64,000 nucleotides of DNA from Squalus acanthias (GCA_030390025.1 CM059431.1:96908001-96972000), one strand, 5' to 3'. Shown: positions 24,901-38,345, counted from the first letter of the stretch. Notes: a model not told the origin generated them from the sequence alone. Numbers and translations are program-made.

Positions 24901-25412
24901 TCCTAAAGCTGTGATTGCACTAGAGAAGGTACAGAGGAGATTTACAGGGATGTTGCCAGGACTGGAGAATTTTAGCTATGAGGAAAGATTGGAGAGGCTG
25001 GTGTTGTTTTCTTTGGAACAGAGGAGGCTGAGGGGAGATTTAATTGAGGTGTATAAAATTATGAGGGGCCTAGAGTGGACAGGAAGGATCTATTTCCCTT
25101 AGCAGAGGGTCAATAACCAGGGGGGCATAGATTTAAAGTAATTGGTGGAAGGATTAGAGGGGAGTTGAGGAGAACTTTTTTCACCCTTGAGGGTGGTGGG
25201 GGTCTGGAACTCACTGCCTGAAAGGGTGGTAGAGGCAGAAACCCTCATCACATTTAAAAAGTACTTGGATATGCACTTGAAGTGTTGTAACCTACAAGGC
25301 TACGGACCAAGAGCTGAAAGTGGGATTAGGCTGGATAGCTTTTCTTGGACCGGCACAGATACGATGGGCTGAATGGCCTCCTTCTGTGTCGTAAATTTCT
25401 ATGATTCTATGT
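24900..25412 (+). mobile_element. CR1 3' fragment
   Basis: ORFs 24878..25102 (LEKVQRRFT..RRLRGDLIEVYK) and 25187..25372; tail ttctatgattctatg. Confidence 0.9.
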
Positions 25413-26204
25413 CTATCTGTGTGGGGGGAGGGGTCTGTGTGGGGGTCGTGTCCATTTGTCTCTGATTGGCGTGTGTCTGTGTGTCTCTGGTTTGTGTGTC
25501 TGGTGTCTGTCTGTCTGTGCTGGCTAATGGCAGAGCACCCAGAGACACACAGCCCATCAGAGGGAAGGGGAGCAGCAATGATTATTTCCACAGAGCCATG
25601 TCTCTCAATGAAAGGCTCTTTGAATACTTGCAATAGCAGCTGACATTAAGTTTTGCCCACAATTCCCCTTTCGCACAGTGACGGAAAAACCGAATGGCTG
25701 CACTTTATATTGTGCCCGAGCTTCCTATTCAGTCTCCTTTGACGAGCTGGGTGGTGTCCCGCTGGCGATGGGAAGAAGCCCTTTCACATCCAGCTTATTA
25801 CATGGCTAATTAACCAGGAGCGTTGGCTCTTGTTGGAAACCGCCAACAAGGAAGCAAAGCCGAGCTGAGCCGCGCAGCTTGTCGCTCGCACAATGCGGGT
25901 AAACAGAGACAGCCTGTCGCTGGGTTCATTAATGTACGGGAGCAGCGTAAACTTGGATAAATAAAACTTAACAGCGTTTGGAGGTGTTTACATATATGTT
26001 ATTCGCTCGAAATGTTGTTGGAGACATTCCTCCTATTCACTGTGTAGAACTCCAGTCATTCTGCAAGTGTGCTCGCAGGAAGTGCCCCGATTTGTTTTAT
26101 TAGTTTAATGCAAACAGTGAAAAACAAACAAGCAAACAGACCGAATCCTGCGCCCCACTGATGGTAGCACCACCTATAAAACCGCTAAACAAAAACTGCA
26201 GCGA

Positions 26205-26333
26205 CTGCAGATCTGAAACAACTGCAGATCTGAAACAAACCCCCAGGAAATGCTGGAAACACTCAGCAGGTCAGGCAGCATCTGTGGAGAGAGAGATAGA
26301 GTTAACGTTTCGGATGTGGACCCTTCATCGACT
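26205..26333 (-). mobile_element. Penelope-like terminal fragment
   Basis: tgctggaaacactcagcaggtcaggcagcatctgtggagagagagatagagttaacgtttcgg; hammerhead core mutated. Confidence 0.75.
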
Positions 26334-27918
26334 TGCCACAGGTAGCATATCGGTGCTGCACCAAATGACTTTTTAAACAACGCGTGCGATCTTTTAGCGA
26401 CAAAAGTTTATTTTGTGATTGTGTCCTGCCCTTTTTTCGTTAGAATGAAACCGGTCACAGATACTCCCAATTTTCACATTGCAGCCGGGCTCTCTCATGC
26501 TTTGAGCGAGTGAAACCTGCATTCACACCACAGGTTCAGTGTTGGTGTGAAGTAGTTTCGGATTCGCAGCCACGCTGGACTCCTGAGTGGAAATCGGGTG
26601 TGAAGGCTCGATCTGACTCCGAGTGAGATCGCCTGCCCCGGTGTCAGGTCGGAGTAGATATTTACACCGTGACCGCTTCACAAACTGCAGGGAAGGAACC
26701 TGTTACTGTGACACCTTATCTGTTAAAGTTTGAAAACTTTAGCAACAAGTTTGGGCCAGAATTTGGGCATTTTCTGGACACTTAATGAAGCGTTTGTTCA
26801 CTTATAAAGAATTGAGTGACATCAGAAAAAGTCCATCAATGTAAAATAGCCTCGCTGAGGTCGCCACTAGTTGAATTATAGACCGGAGTTGCCAAGCTAA
26901 GGGAACTGTTGCAGGAGTGACTTAAAACCTGCAACTAAAACCTCACAGTAGTTACATTTAAGGAAAATAATCTTTAAAAGACTTTGAGATTGAGTAACAG
27001 CGGTTAGGCTGTGTACCTGGGCTCCCATTGAGACTTTAATCTTTCTCTGTACAGGAAGCAGATATTTGACGAGTGTGCAGGTGAAAGCAGGGTCGAGTTC
27101 CCAACAGAGAGCCTGTGTGTTCCACTTGAGAGAGAGACCCGGGGGTCAACCTGGCTCACTCGGCATTGCCGCCTCGCCAGATAATAGCTTCCCATTAGCA
27201 ATTGTAATGAGCAGGTGCGAGGACCCGAATCTTGGCTCCCCAGTTCGAAGACCCAGAGAGCGGCTTCTCGGGGTAGTGCTGGCGACATCGGCATATGCCA
27301 ACTCAAGCCTCAGCTTTTTAAATGTGTATAACATGCACTCGAGAATTTTACAAGTGTTACAGACCGTATTGTGTGGTGTACATATATATATATACACCAG
27401 AACTAATTGAAACAGCATGTAATCCTCCTACCACCCCTTATCTGAACTATTGTCAAATCATTTTAAAAATCCTTCCTTCTGCACAAGGTTAGGATAGGAT
27501 CAGCTTGTCAAACACGTTCTACCTCATTGGCTTTCCATACAGATTTCCAGGGATTTTCCTTTTGTACCATGAAAACGTAACACCAACAATTAGCAGCTCA
27601 CTAATCTCTTCCCATCTTCAGCAGCTGACAAGGTTTTAGAAGGAGGGAGAAACAAAGAGTGAGCCGGGCTTTCAGTCGCTATGTTGCGGTGTCATTTCCC
27701 TTCCAACACAACGCTGATAATTCTCCATACTTTCACCTCGCACTCAAATCAGATGCATTTTTCTTAATCAAAGCAGATCACCACTCGTCTAGCAGGCACT
27801 ACAATGAGAAACACCAAAAGAAAGACAATATTTCGAGGATGCTTAATTTGGTCTCAGTTGAGCTTTGCCTACGGTTTTCAACACTTATTATAGTGATCAC
27901 TTATTACTGACATTTCTG

Positions 27919-28357
27919 TGTCAGCCGTGGTTCAGTGGGTAGCACTCTCGCCTGTGAGTGAGAAGGTTATGGGTTCAAGACTTGAGCACAAAATCTAGGC
28001 TGACGCTCCAGTGCAGTACTGAGGGAACGCTATACTGTCGGAGGTGCCATCTTTCAGAGGAGATGTTAAACTGTGCCCTGTCTGCCCTCTCTGGTGGATG
28101 TAAAAGATCCCACAGCACTATTCGAAGAGGAGCAGGGGAGTCCTGGCCAGTATTTATTCCTCAACCAACATCACTAAAAACAGATGATCTGGTCATTATC
28201 ACACTACTGTCTGTGGGATCTTGCTGTACGCAAATTGGCTGCTGCGTTTCCTACATTACAACAGTGACTACACTTCAAAAGTACTTAATTGGCTGTAAAG
28301 CACTTTGGGACATCCTGAGGTCGTGAAAGATGCTATAGAAATACAAGTATTTTTTTC
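27919..28357 (+). mobile_element. tRNA-derived SINE with Deu-domain-like core (SacSINE1/DeuSINE-like)
   Basis: A-box-like tggttcagtgggtag and B-box-like gggttcaag; central gatgttaaac..aaagatccca..gcactattcgaagaggagcagggg; L2-like tail. Related copies at 52049, 53515 and 55636. Confidence 0.85.
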
Positions 28358-28725
28358 ATCTGCAAAATGGGACATTTCAGAAAAAAGCAGAACATACAGT
28401 TCAGGAAACACCTAATGGATGTGGAAGGCACTGGGAAGACCACAGTTACTGTCCATCCCTAGTTGCTATTACAACTATGTGGCTTGCTGAGCAACTTCAG
28501 AGGACAACAATAATCAATCCTGTTGTCTGCATTCGAGTCAAGTGCAGGCCCACTGTAGGATTGACAAGTTCCCATCTCTGAAGGACATTGTTCCAGAGAC
28601 CTTCCACAAATTAATGGATTTACTGAATCTAAAATTGACAACATGACACAGTGTGATTTCAATTCACAACTTCAGGCTTTCTACTCCAGAAAGCCTCATA
28701 TGACACTACTGTGGATTAAGCTGCA

Positions 28726-28795
28726 CTACATCTCATCGAATCATTCACCCATAGACCTGTCCTACATCTCATCGAATCATTCACCCATAGACCTG
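28726..28795. repeat. Tandem duplication with 36-bp period
   Basis: ctacatctcatcgaatcattcacccatagacctgt occurs twice. Confidence 0.85.
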
Positions 28796-29563
28796 TGCCG
28801 AATCTCAGGGACACATTCATCCATTTCACTGTCCAACATGTCTCTCTGATACATTCCTCATTGACTTGTCCAATATCTCACTGGCACATACTCCATTCAT
28901 CTGCACCCTACACTTTGTTAGCTGAATCCCTGCTGCTAATTGATTTTGTTTAAGTTATACTTTGGTTGATTAACTTTTTTCATGCTCATCATATAAAAAA
29001 GGAATGGAACATTACAGTTTGGGTTAACTTAATGTGGTATGACTCACTCCCAGTTTGGATTTGTCTGACCAGATACACAGTAAAGTTCCTCACTTACATT
29101 GAGTTCAAACTCAAAGCTTCGAAGAACTATCCCTTTCCACATCAAACATAGTTCTCGCCATCCCTAGTGAGACTCCCAATTTGTGTTGTCACCAACCATT
29201 GGTGGGAACCAAACTGAGTGTTCTTAGCACCTGAATGGGGAGAATCTGATGAATTAACAGCAGGAAAAAGACAGAGAGACAACGGTAATATCGTAAATGG
29301 AGAGAACGACAGGAAGATATTCTGATACTGCCAGGGGAGAATAAGGGATGGAATTTGAAACAGGATATTGCAAAAAAAAGGAGAGAAAATGGGTACAGAA
29401 TAGTGAAGGAAAACAAAAATACTTACGGCTGAGGTACTGATGTTTTATAGCAATTACAGCACAGAAAGAGGCCATTTGTCTGTACAGGTACTAGCTCTTC
29501 AGCTGGAGCGGTCATCTTTATACATGTCAAATCGTGTTTCACATCATTCCCCAGCCCTGCCAG

Positions 29564-30282
29564 CTGTATTATAATACACTGTGTGTTACAGGGTATAACT
29601 ATTATAATACACTGTGTGTTACAGGGTATAACTATTATAATACACTGTGTGTTACAGGGTATAACTATTACAATACACTGTGTGTTACAGGGTATAACTG
29701 TATTATAATACTGTGTGTTACAGGGTATAATCGTATTATAATACACTGTGTGTTACAGGGTATAACTATTATAATACACTGTGTGTTACAGGGTATAACT
29801 ATTATAATACACTGTGTGTTACAGGGTATAGCTATTATAATACACTGTGTGTTACAGGGTATAACTATTACAATACACTGTATGTTACAGGGTATAACTA
29901 TTACAATACACTGTGTGTTACAGGGTATAACTGTATTATAATACACTGTGTGTTACAGGGTATAATTATTATAATACACTGTGTTACAGGGTATAACTAT
30001 TATAATACACCGTGTGTTACAGGGTATTATAATACACTGTGTGTTACAGGGTAGAATTATTATAATACGCTGTGTGTTACAGGGTATAACTATTATAATA
30101 CACTGTGTTACAGGGTATAACTATTATAATACACTGTGTGTTACAGGGTATAATTATTATAATACTCTGTGTGTTACGGGGTATAACTACTATAATATAC
30201 CATGTGGTACATGGTATAACTATTATAATATACTGTTGTAAGGTATAACTATATTATAATACACTGTGTTATAAGGTATAAA
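29564..30282. repeat. 33-bp AT-rich minisatellite
   Basis: Unit acactgtgtgttacagggtataactattataat; source of the 11-aa repeat ORFs. Confidence 0.97.
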
Positions 30283-31327
30283 ACTTATGCCATTCTGAAA
30301 CAGCATTTCATCCAACTTTCTGTGCGAAAACCCAGAGTAGATCAGCCAGTGCTGTATTTTATGTATAATTTCTTAACTACAGAACATAATATAAATATCT
30401 TGACAGTAATTGTAATAATTTGGTTGAATGTAGGCACAGTCATTGTCAGTGAGTTTGCAAATCGCTTTAGTTACTGGCAGTAGGGGGAGCTGTGGCTTCA
30501 TTCGCTGTGAACACTGACTGCACATTGCCTGATAATCTGCAGCTGCCCAGAAACCTCCCCTTATAGTTTCTCAGCCTCTTCCTACATTATATAGCCCACA
30601 GGGATAGTGTTGTCCCCCCTCCTCCATCGTCTCCTCTCCTCCTGAAGGCAATGACTACTATTTATATGTGAGACTGGACAGGTCCTGGCAGATTATTTGA
30701 CCATGATAGGCATCACAACTGAACCATCCTCATTTTACGTTTATCTTTCTTTCATCGAACTCCTCGCCTGACAGAAACAGCATGTTGAATATTTCATGGT
30801 GAAGCTGGCGTTGGTTACTGATCTCTCCTCCCAGTCCCATGTACTGTTGTGTCCAATCTGTGGATAGTGCATCTATGACCAACTTTGGAAGTGGGTCTGA
30901 GGGAGCAGGCTGGGTGTTGTGGTGTTGGGAATCATTGGACTCTGGGCTATGCACACACTGTCCATACACTGAGCCAACCTCACACCATAATGTGAGTTTA
31001 GCTCATTATTGGCCCCCGTTACTCTCCGCTCCACCAGCAGACTGCTCATTTTCCAGGTGCGATGGAGAGAAAAAATGGTTCAGAGATCTATTACATGGGG
31101 TCTCTGGCCCTTTATGTTGCCCTATGATTCCTGGAGTCTCCGGGGGTCGGGACTGTCTGTAGCTCCAATGTGAATTATCCCTCCTGAAATGAGGCGGAAC
31201 ATTCGGACTCCTTTCGCCTCATGTTCCTGCAACCAAGGCCTTTTTCGGGGCATTTCAAGAAGCTGGGGGTGGGTCTTGAACCTCGGATCAGAGGACCCGA
31301 CGGGGCAAGGCAGCACGGGAAATTAAT

Positions 31328-31795
31328 TAAAACAGAAAATGCTGGAAATACTCAGCAGGTCAGGCAGCATCAATGGAGAGAGAAACAGAGTTAATGTTTC
31401 AGGTTGATGACCTTTCGTCTATACTGGAAAAAGTTACAGATGTAACAGGTTTTAAGCAAGTGAAGGGGCAGGGAAAGGGTGGGGGGAGAAAAGAACAAAA
31501 GGAAGGTCTGTGATAGGATGGAAGGCAGGAGAGGGTAAATGACAAAAGGGATGATGGTGCAAGGTGAAAGGAGATGGTAATGGGACAAGTAAAGAAACAA
31601 AAGATGGGTCAAGAGGAGGTGTGAATGGGAATAACAGAATCATCAATGTTGAGTCCAGAAGGCTGTAAAGTGCCTAATCGAAAGATGAGGTGCTGTACCT
31701 CGAGCTTACGTTGAGCTTCATTGGAACAGTGTAAGAGGCTGAGGACAGAGAGGTTAGAGTGGGAGTGGAGTGGAGAATTAAAATGAAAGGCGTAA
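31328..31795 (-). mobile_element. Penelope-like element 3' part (GIY-YIG C-terminus, UTR, terminus)
   Basis: HFNSPLHSHSNLSVLSLLHCSNEAQRKLEVQHLIFRLGTLQPSGLNI in ORF 31609..32076; homologous to 58678-59295. Confidence 0.88.
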
Positions 31796-31799
31796 TTAC

Positions 31800-34200
31800 C
31801 TGCCATCCCCCTATAAAAACATGGAAATAGTCTAAGAAAGGATAAGAAAAGCAAGGAGAAGAGTATAAGGAGACAATCTGAAGAAATATTAAAAAAGCAG
31901 TAAAGTACAAATATATCAGTAAAAAGAGAACAGTTGAATGTGAGGTGGGTTCTCAAGAGGAGAGCGAGTTGTGGAGGATAAAGCACAAAGGAAGGTGGTT
32001 GTGGTTGTTGGAGGCCAATCATCTGAGCCCCAGGACATCGCTGCAGGAGTTCCTCAGGGCAGTGTCCTGGGCCCAACTATCTTCAGCTGCTTCATCAATG
32101 ATCTTCCCTCCATCATAAGGTCAGAAGTGGGGCTGTTCACTGATGATTGCACAGTGTTCGCAACTCCTCAGATAATGAAGCTGTCCATGCCCGAATGCAG
32201 CAACACCTGAACGACAGTCAGGCTTGGGCTGATAAGTGGCAAGTAACATTCGCGGCACACAAGTGCCAGGCAATGAGCATCCCCAACAAGAGTCTAACTA
32301 CCGGCCCTTGACATTCAATGGCATTACCATCGCTGAATCCCCCACCATCAGCATCCTGCGGGTCCTCATTGACCAGAAACTTAACTGGACCAGCCACATA
32401 AATACTGTGGCTGCAAGAGCAGGTCAGAGGCTGGGTATTCTGCAGCGAGTGGCTCACCTCCTCACTCCCCAAAGCCTTTCCACCATCTACAAGGCACAAG
32501 TCAGGATTGTGATGGAATACTCTCCACTTGCCTGGATGAGTGCAGCACCAACAACACTCAAGAAGCTCGACACCATCCAGGACAAAGCAGACCGCTTGAT
32601 TGGCACCCCATCCACCACCTTAAACATTCACTCCCTCCACCACCGGCACACCGTGGCTGCAGTGTGTACCATCTACAAGATGCAATGCAGCAACTCGCTG
32701 AGGCTTCTTCAGCAACACCTCCCAAACCCGCGACCTCTACCACCTAGAAGGACAAGGGCAGTAAGCGCATGGGAACACCATCAAATCCAAGTTCCCCTCT
32801 AAGTCACACACCATCCTGACTTGGAAGTATATCGCCGTTCCTTCATCGTCACTGGGTCAAAATCCTGGAACTCCCTCCCTAACAGCACTGTAGGAGTACC
32901 TTCACCACACGGACTGCAGCGGTTCAAGAAGGCGGCTCACCACCACCTTCAAGGGAAATTAGGGATGGGTAATAAATGCTGGCCTTGCCAGTGACGCCCA
33001 CAACCTTTGAATGAATAAAAATAAAGCAGAAATTAGCTGGGATGCTTAGCAAGTACTTTACTTCCGTGTTTCTAAAAGAGATGGATATTAGGGAAGAGGT
33101 AAAACCGGAGCTGGTTAAAAAAGAGCTGAGAGATATAATAAATACAAGGAAAGTATTAGAGAAGTTAAACTAAAGGAGGACAAGGTGCTGGGACATGATG
33201 GATTACAGTCAAGGGTCCGGAGAGAAATGGGGAAGAAATAGCAGAGGTCCTAGAAATAATATTTCAGGTTTCTGTTGAAAGTGGATGTGTGCCGGAGGAT
33301 TGGACAGTTGCCAATGTAGACAGAGCTAATCCCAGGAATTACAGGCCAGGTAGTTTTAATATGTGGCATGGAAAATTTTGGGATCTTTAATTTAAGATGG
33401 CATTATTAAATATCTAGATGTAGAACATAATTAGAAGCAGCCAACATGATTTTCAGAAAGGAAGATGGTGCTTGATAAACCTGATCGAGTTCTTCCAGGA
33501 GGGGACAGATATCATGGATGGGAAAATACAGTGGCTGTGTTATACAGGGATTTACAGAGAGCCTTTGACAAGGTACCACACAGGAGACTATTGGAGAAGA
33601 TTAAGGAGTGTGGAAGGGGGGAGGGTAGCAAATTGGGGTTAGAAGGGAGGAAACGGAGAGTAGGAGTTAAGGACAGTTTCTCAGACTGGCTGGAAGTGGG
33701 TAGTGGTGTCCCTCAGCATTCTGTTCTGGGCCACTTCTGTTCACTGTGTACATCAATAATTTGGATATAAGGCTAGAGGGAGTGATGTCCAAATTTGCAG
33801 ATGATGTTAAAATAGTAATTCTGAGGACCAAAGGAACATGCGAGGGGATATTGATAAGCTGGTGGATTGGGCAACAAAGTGGCAGCTGAAATTGAATGTC
33901 AGTAAATGTAAATCTTTCACATTACCCAGCTTTCCCCCATTCAAAGTACAATTATTACTTTTATTTTTACCAAAATGTACCACCTCTGATTTACTGACAT
34001 TGAATTCCATCTCCCACTATTTTATCAATGTCTCCTGGCTGCTATTTTTTGGTCCTCAGAATTATTTATTATGCTTCCTATTTTAGTATCATCTGAAAAT
34101 TTGGACATCACTCCATCAAGCCCTATATTCAAATCATTTAAGTACACTGTGAACAGAAACGGATCAGTACCCTGCCCTAGGAAAGGACACTGTCCTCTTG
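31800..34200. mobile_element. Old degraded CR1 (plus, 31800-33910, split by a younger LINE) abutting a minus-strand CR1 fragment (33910-34200)
   Basis: DLQRAFDKVPHRRLL and SGVPQ in ORF 33465..33770; minus ORFs 34025..34213 (SKFSDDTK) and 33807..34010 (MEFNVSK). Confidence 0.75.
31982..33022 (+). mobile_element. 5'-truncated LINE of a distinct CR1/L2-group family
   Basis: [27 protein letters not shown] in ORF 31971..32210; C-terminal ORF 32236..32802; ends tgaatgaataaaa; ataaagca on both flanks. Confidence 0.9.
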
Positions 34201-34671
34201 TTGAGTTTGCCAATTAGCCCATCCTGTTAATTCCAGCCTTGTGCGGGACCGACCGATGGTGTGAACAGGCTTTTCCATTAGTCAGAAACTGAAAACGACC
34301 CTGCTTTAATTGGATCGGGTTCTCCCTGAGTAATTTAAACCGGCCATTCAGTAACTGGTTTGAGTTGCAAATCAGTAATTTTTATGTACAATGGAGGGCT
34401 GAGATGGGGAGTTAGTGAAATGGCCAGAAAATCATGTGTAATGTGTGCGGGGATTTGAGATGTGCGCTCTCAGCGGGTGAAGCTCCCCTGAAATGATTCA
34501 GTAACCTGTGCAATGAACAAGAACCACCTTAAAATTAATTTTAACATTTTTTATTTTGTACCATGATGTGTGCGCGATCACAGGCTGGCAGTAAAATGCT
34601 TGCTCGGTGCAATTTGGTTGCCAATGTTTCTTCTTAAATGAAACCCTGTGGCCAAACTGTAGAGAGTCTGA

Positions 34672-36782
34672 GCCCAGAAATTGGGCTACTTAGCGCCACT
34701 GGTTTGCCCCACAATCCTGGTAAAAAAAATAGCGGCCGCCACGCTAATGCCCGCCATTTTGGTGATGGCCTTAGCACTGCCGATAGCAGCGCTGGCCCTG
34801 GAGATGCAAATATGGAGAGCGTGATGTCACGTTGACTTAACGTCACACTCTGCGAACTTGGACCTTTGCGCTGGTTCCTAAGCGAGCGTGCAGCAAATTG
34901 ACAGAGACGCTGTCAGCACTTCTCAAATTGACACATACATCTTTCAGGTAAGTTTGCATTTAAGCTTTTTGACTGGATTTTTTATGTTTTATTGAAGTAG
35001 TGGTTTGGTGCAATACATGTTAAAAGTGTTTAAAGTGTGCAGGAAATGCTGCTGGCCGCTTACAAGGCCTCGGAGATTAAGGAAGGCCTCTGCGAAGACA
35101 GAAAAAGCTAGAAATACACAGCAGGTCAGGCAGCATCCGTGGAGAGAGAAACAGAGTTCACATCTCAGGTCGCGTTGCTGCCTGACCTGCTGAGTATTTC
35201 CAGCATTTTAAGTTTTTTATTTCAGATTTAAAGCATCTGCTCGCAGAGAGAAGAGAGGAAGCAGAAGGAAGGATGCAACCCAGGCAGTCCCTTTCTAGCC
35301 GGGATATCCAGGGTGGAATGATCCACCTGCAGTACCAGTGACCACAACCCCAATTCCCCTTTCAACATTTGTCCCACACCTTACCTTCCCTCCATTACTG
35401 ACCATCACAGTGTCTTCTTGGCCACAATGCGGAAATAAAAGCCACCACAAAGCAAACTTTCCAATCCAACTTTATACATCTATCCATCCAATATGACATC
35501 AAGACGCCAACTAATCACCTTTATGCATTCCTTTAGTGACTGTCTTGTGTGTATCTTTGCCTATCCTACTGATGTCACGCAGTGCTACCCCAGTGGCTGC
35601 AGCATGGCTGGTGGAAGGCTGCTGACTTTTAGTAGGGGACACTGCAGATGGCCTTGCTGGTCAACCTTGAATAGCTGGTGGCTGAGAGTGTGAAATTTAG
35701 TGGCGGTATTTCTTCTTCACTCTCCTCCCCCTCTTCTTGGCCAACCACTGGCTGGGCAGGCTGCATTTCTTGGGTGTGTGAAATGAGGAAGGCACAAGGG
35801 TGGAGTTGTGGTGAGGGGAGGGCGGGAAAGCAAGAGGTGCATGCGAGAAGGAGGATAACGTACGAAAATACCAGCATCTTATATCGTTCAGCTCTGCCAC
35901 TGGCCAAGGGCTCAGCCATGCCCCTGCCAAGAATGGCCAGCACCGCCTCATCCAAGGGGGTGAGGGGAAGCTAGGAAAGGGAGGTGTGCCTCATGTTTGG
36001 TACAGATTATTGGTAGGTGAGGTGAGTGATGGGGGGGGAGTGAGGTGACAGGGAGTCATGCATTGAGCAGTGTGTGAGGCTGTTGGTAGGAGATGGCTTT
36101 TGAAGATGCAGTCACTGACCTTGACCACTGGTCTGAGGTCGTGAAGCTTCTTTGGGCATTGGAGTCAGGTGGTGGGGCGACATTGCTGGCAGTGACGGCC
36201 TCGCTGATTGGGCCCCATATCCTTCTATCTGGAGGGCCTCCTGGCCCCTGTGGGTTGAGGACCTTTCTTGCAGTGTTGACCCCCTGCACAAAGCTGGAGT
36301 GCTGTGTGTGAGACCCTGGGTGCCCCTTCCCTGGCTTGCTGGGCCATTTGTGTTAGTGCTGAAGCACATTTCCCGTTTTTTGAGGTGCGGAAGGCAATTC
36401 AGCTTTAAGAGCTGAAGTCTGCCATTTGGGAATTCTTTTTAACATCAATTTTTTTTTCAGAAGGCAGTTGAGCTGTAAGGGCTAAAGACTGCCTATTTTT
36501 AAATGATTTTTATTTTTTTCATTTTAGAAGGTAGTTCCCCTTTAAAGTGACAGGCTTGCTTCAAGAGAAGGCTGTTCTTGCTGCAATGATGCTACGTCCA
36601 CGCTACATTGGGTCTCCTGCTGGGACGAACGCCATGAAAGCGGCCTTGCACGGTAAGTTTAGCGCTGGGCTAATGTTAATTAGCAACTAGTACCAAAATC
36701 CCATCCTGCCAGTGCCATTATTTTCGGCGGCCATTACCACGGTGGCACCGACAGGTTTTTAGCGATCTGAAATTTCTCGGCC
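34672..36782. mobile_element. Internally deleted Harbinger element with decayed Myb/SANT gene on the minus strand
   Basis: Termini gcccagaaatt and aatttctcggcc flanked by TGA on both sides. Minus strand near 36120-36160 reads QCPKKLHDLRPVVK|gtcagt, versus QCRKKFNDLTRVVR|gtgagt at 61550. MDEAVLAILGRGMAEPLASGRAE parallels exon 2. Confidence 0.8.
35097..35240. mobile_element. Inverted pair of short Penelope-like termini
   Basis: cagcaggtcaggcagca near 35120 and tgctgcctgacctgctg near 35176 form a hairpin. Confidence 0.8.
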
Positions 36783-37545
36783 TGAGAGTCCAAGTGTGGC
36801 AAACAATGCCCAGGTCTTCAAATATATCAGATATGTATTACACTGGACAGCTCTGGGGTCAACCTACAGTGTGTTAAAATTGTAGATTTTATTTAAAAAA
36901 AATCAACTTTGCTTTATTCTGAAAATCTAAGTTGGTAAATACAATTCTGTTCTCTAACCCTTGTTAGGTTGAAAGTCAGTGGAGATGCACAGATTGTTTT
37001 TACACGTCATGAATAACCTATGTAAGTCTGATCTGAAGGTTATTTCTAAAGGATAATTGGCTGAAAACTGAGCTTCAATAATTCAGAAAATGGCGGGGGG
37101 AGGGGGAAGTAAAATTGGAATAAAAGAGAAAGGGTTGTCTGAGATTCAATTACTTGTCATCTTTCAAACATTACAACGAGATTGAGGTAACCCTAAACAG
37201 ACTAAAAACATAAATCTTCAGTCTGTTGTTCAGTTCATTGTGTTTAGTTTGATAACATTCCTGACCTGGTTCCTCAAACCTGCTTTAATTACACCAGCGA
37301 GTAAGTTAAAAGAAATCCTTTCTTAACACTGGACATTTATCAAGTGTTGTCTTCCAACCAGTGACAGTATTCAGAATGGCAGAGTGTAAATCTCCATTAG
37401 ATGCAGACGTTTATTTCAAATACATTTTATGGAGGTGAATTTTCTCATCCAGTTCAGCCCTTTAGTGGTGTATAAATGGCACAGGAAAATATTTTAGTCA
37501 GGAAAATAGTGTGGCAGCTACCTACACCCAATAGGTCATTAAAAC

Positions 37546-37641
37546 ATTCTGATGAAGGGTCATCGACCTGAAACGTGAACTCTGTTTCTCTCTCTACAGA
37601 TGCTGCCTGACCTGCTGAGTATTTCCAGCATTTTCTGTTTT
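37546..37641 (+). mobile_element. 96-bp Penelope-like terminal mini-insert with hammerhead motif
   Basis: ctgatga-a-gggtc-atc-gacct-gaaa; 14-bp TSD taggtc(a/g)ttaaaac at 37532-37545 and 37642-37655. Confidence 0.85.
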
Positions 37642-38254
37642 TAGGTCGTTAAAACTGTTCTCTGGAGTTCCCTCGCGCTTTAAGTCTTCCGGCGACCCGC
37701 CCATTAATTCTCGATTGTGGGGGGCCATTGGTGTAACAGCTCCTGGTTTCTTCAGCCCACATTTTAAACTGACCTGCCCCTGGGAACAGGGGGTATTGAG
37801 GTCTGATGTGCATTTTATACTCGCCCATTTGACTTTAATGAAGAGTAAAATCAGGCTGAGTCCGACCCGAATCCCCGCCTTTCCTGCTGATTGGGTTAGG
37901 TTAAAATCGGGCTGTGGGTCTGAAGACTGGAGATTTTGAATAGCAATTTCTGCAGCTGGGAAATGCCTTTTTTTATTGCCATTTTGCCTACAAACACCTG
38001 GACTTGGTCTTCACGGTGTCAGACCATCAGAAGACTTCCAATTTTAATACATTTATTGCAGCGAATTCCAAAGTGCACACAATCAACCTACTCTTTCTTA
38101 ACACCGGGTGTCTACAAGTGCATTTTTAAATTTATTTTCGTGCTTTTTCTAGGTAGAACCTGATAGCCAATAGCATAAGAGGTAGATGGCTCCTCAGGCT
38201 GTACAAAAGGCTCATGGGACTGAAGTGGCCCATCTTCTGACAGCTCTCCCTCAA

Positions 38255-38345
38255 TCTCAGTACCAGGTTATGTGCTGGAGTGGGGCTTGAATTCACAAAA
38301 TCTTCTGACTCAAAGGCAAGAGCGCTACCCACTGAGCAGAGCCGA
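38255..38345 (-). mobile_element. SINE tRNA-like head fragment
   Basis: Reverse complement tgctcagtgggtagcgctcttgcctttgagtcagaag...ttcaagccccactccag matches the SINE head at 52810-52880. Confidence 0.7.

Noticed and set aside
27919..27990. tRNA gene (also 52810-52880 and 53290-53379)
   Set aside because: No complete cloverleaf; these are SINE heads continuing into SINE bodies.
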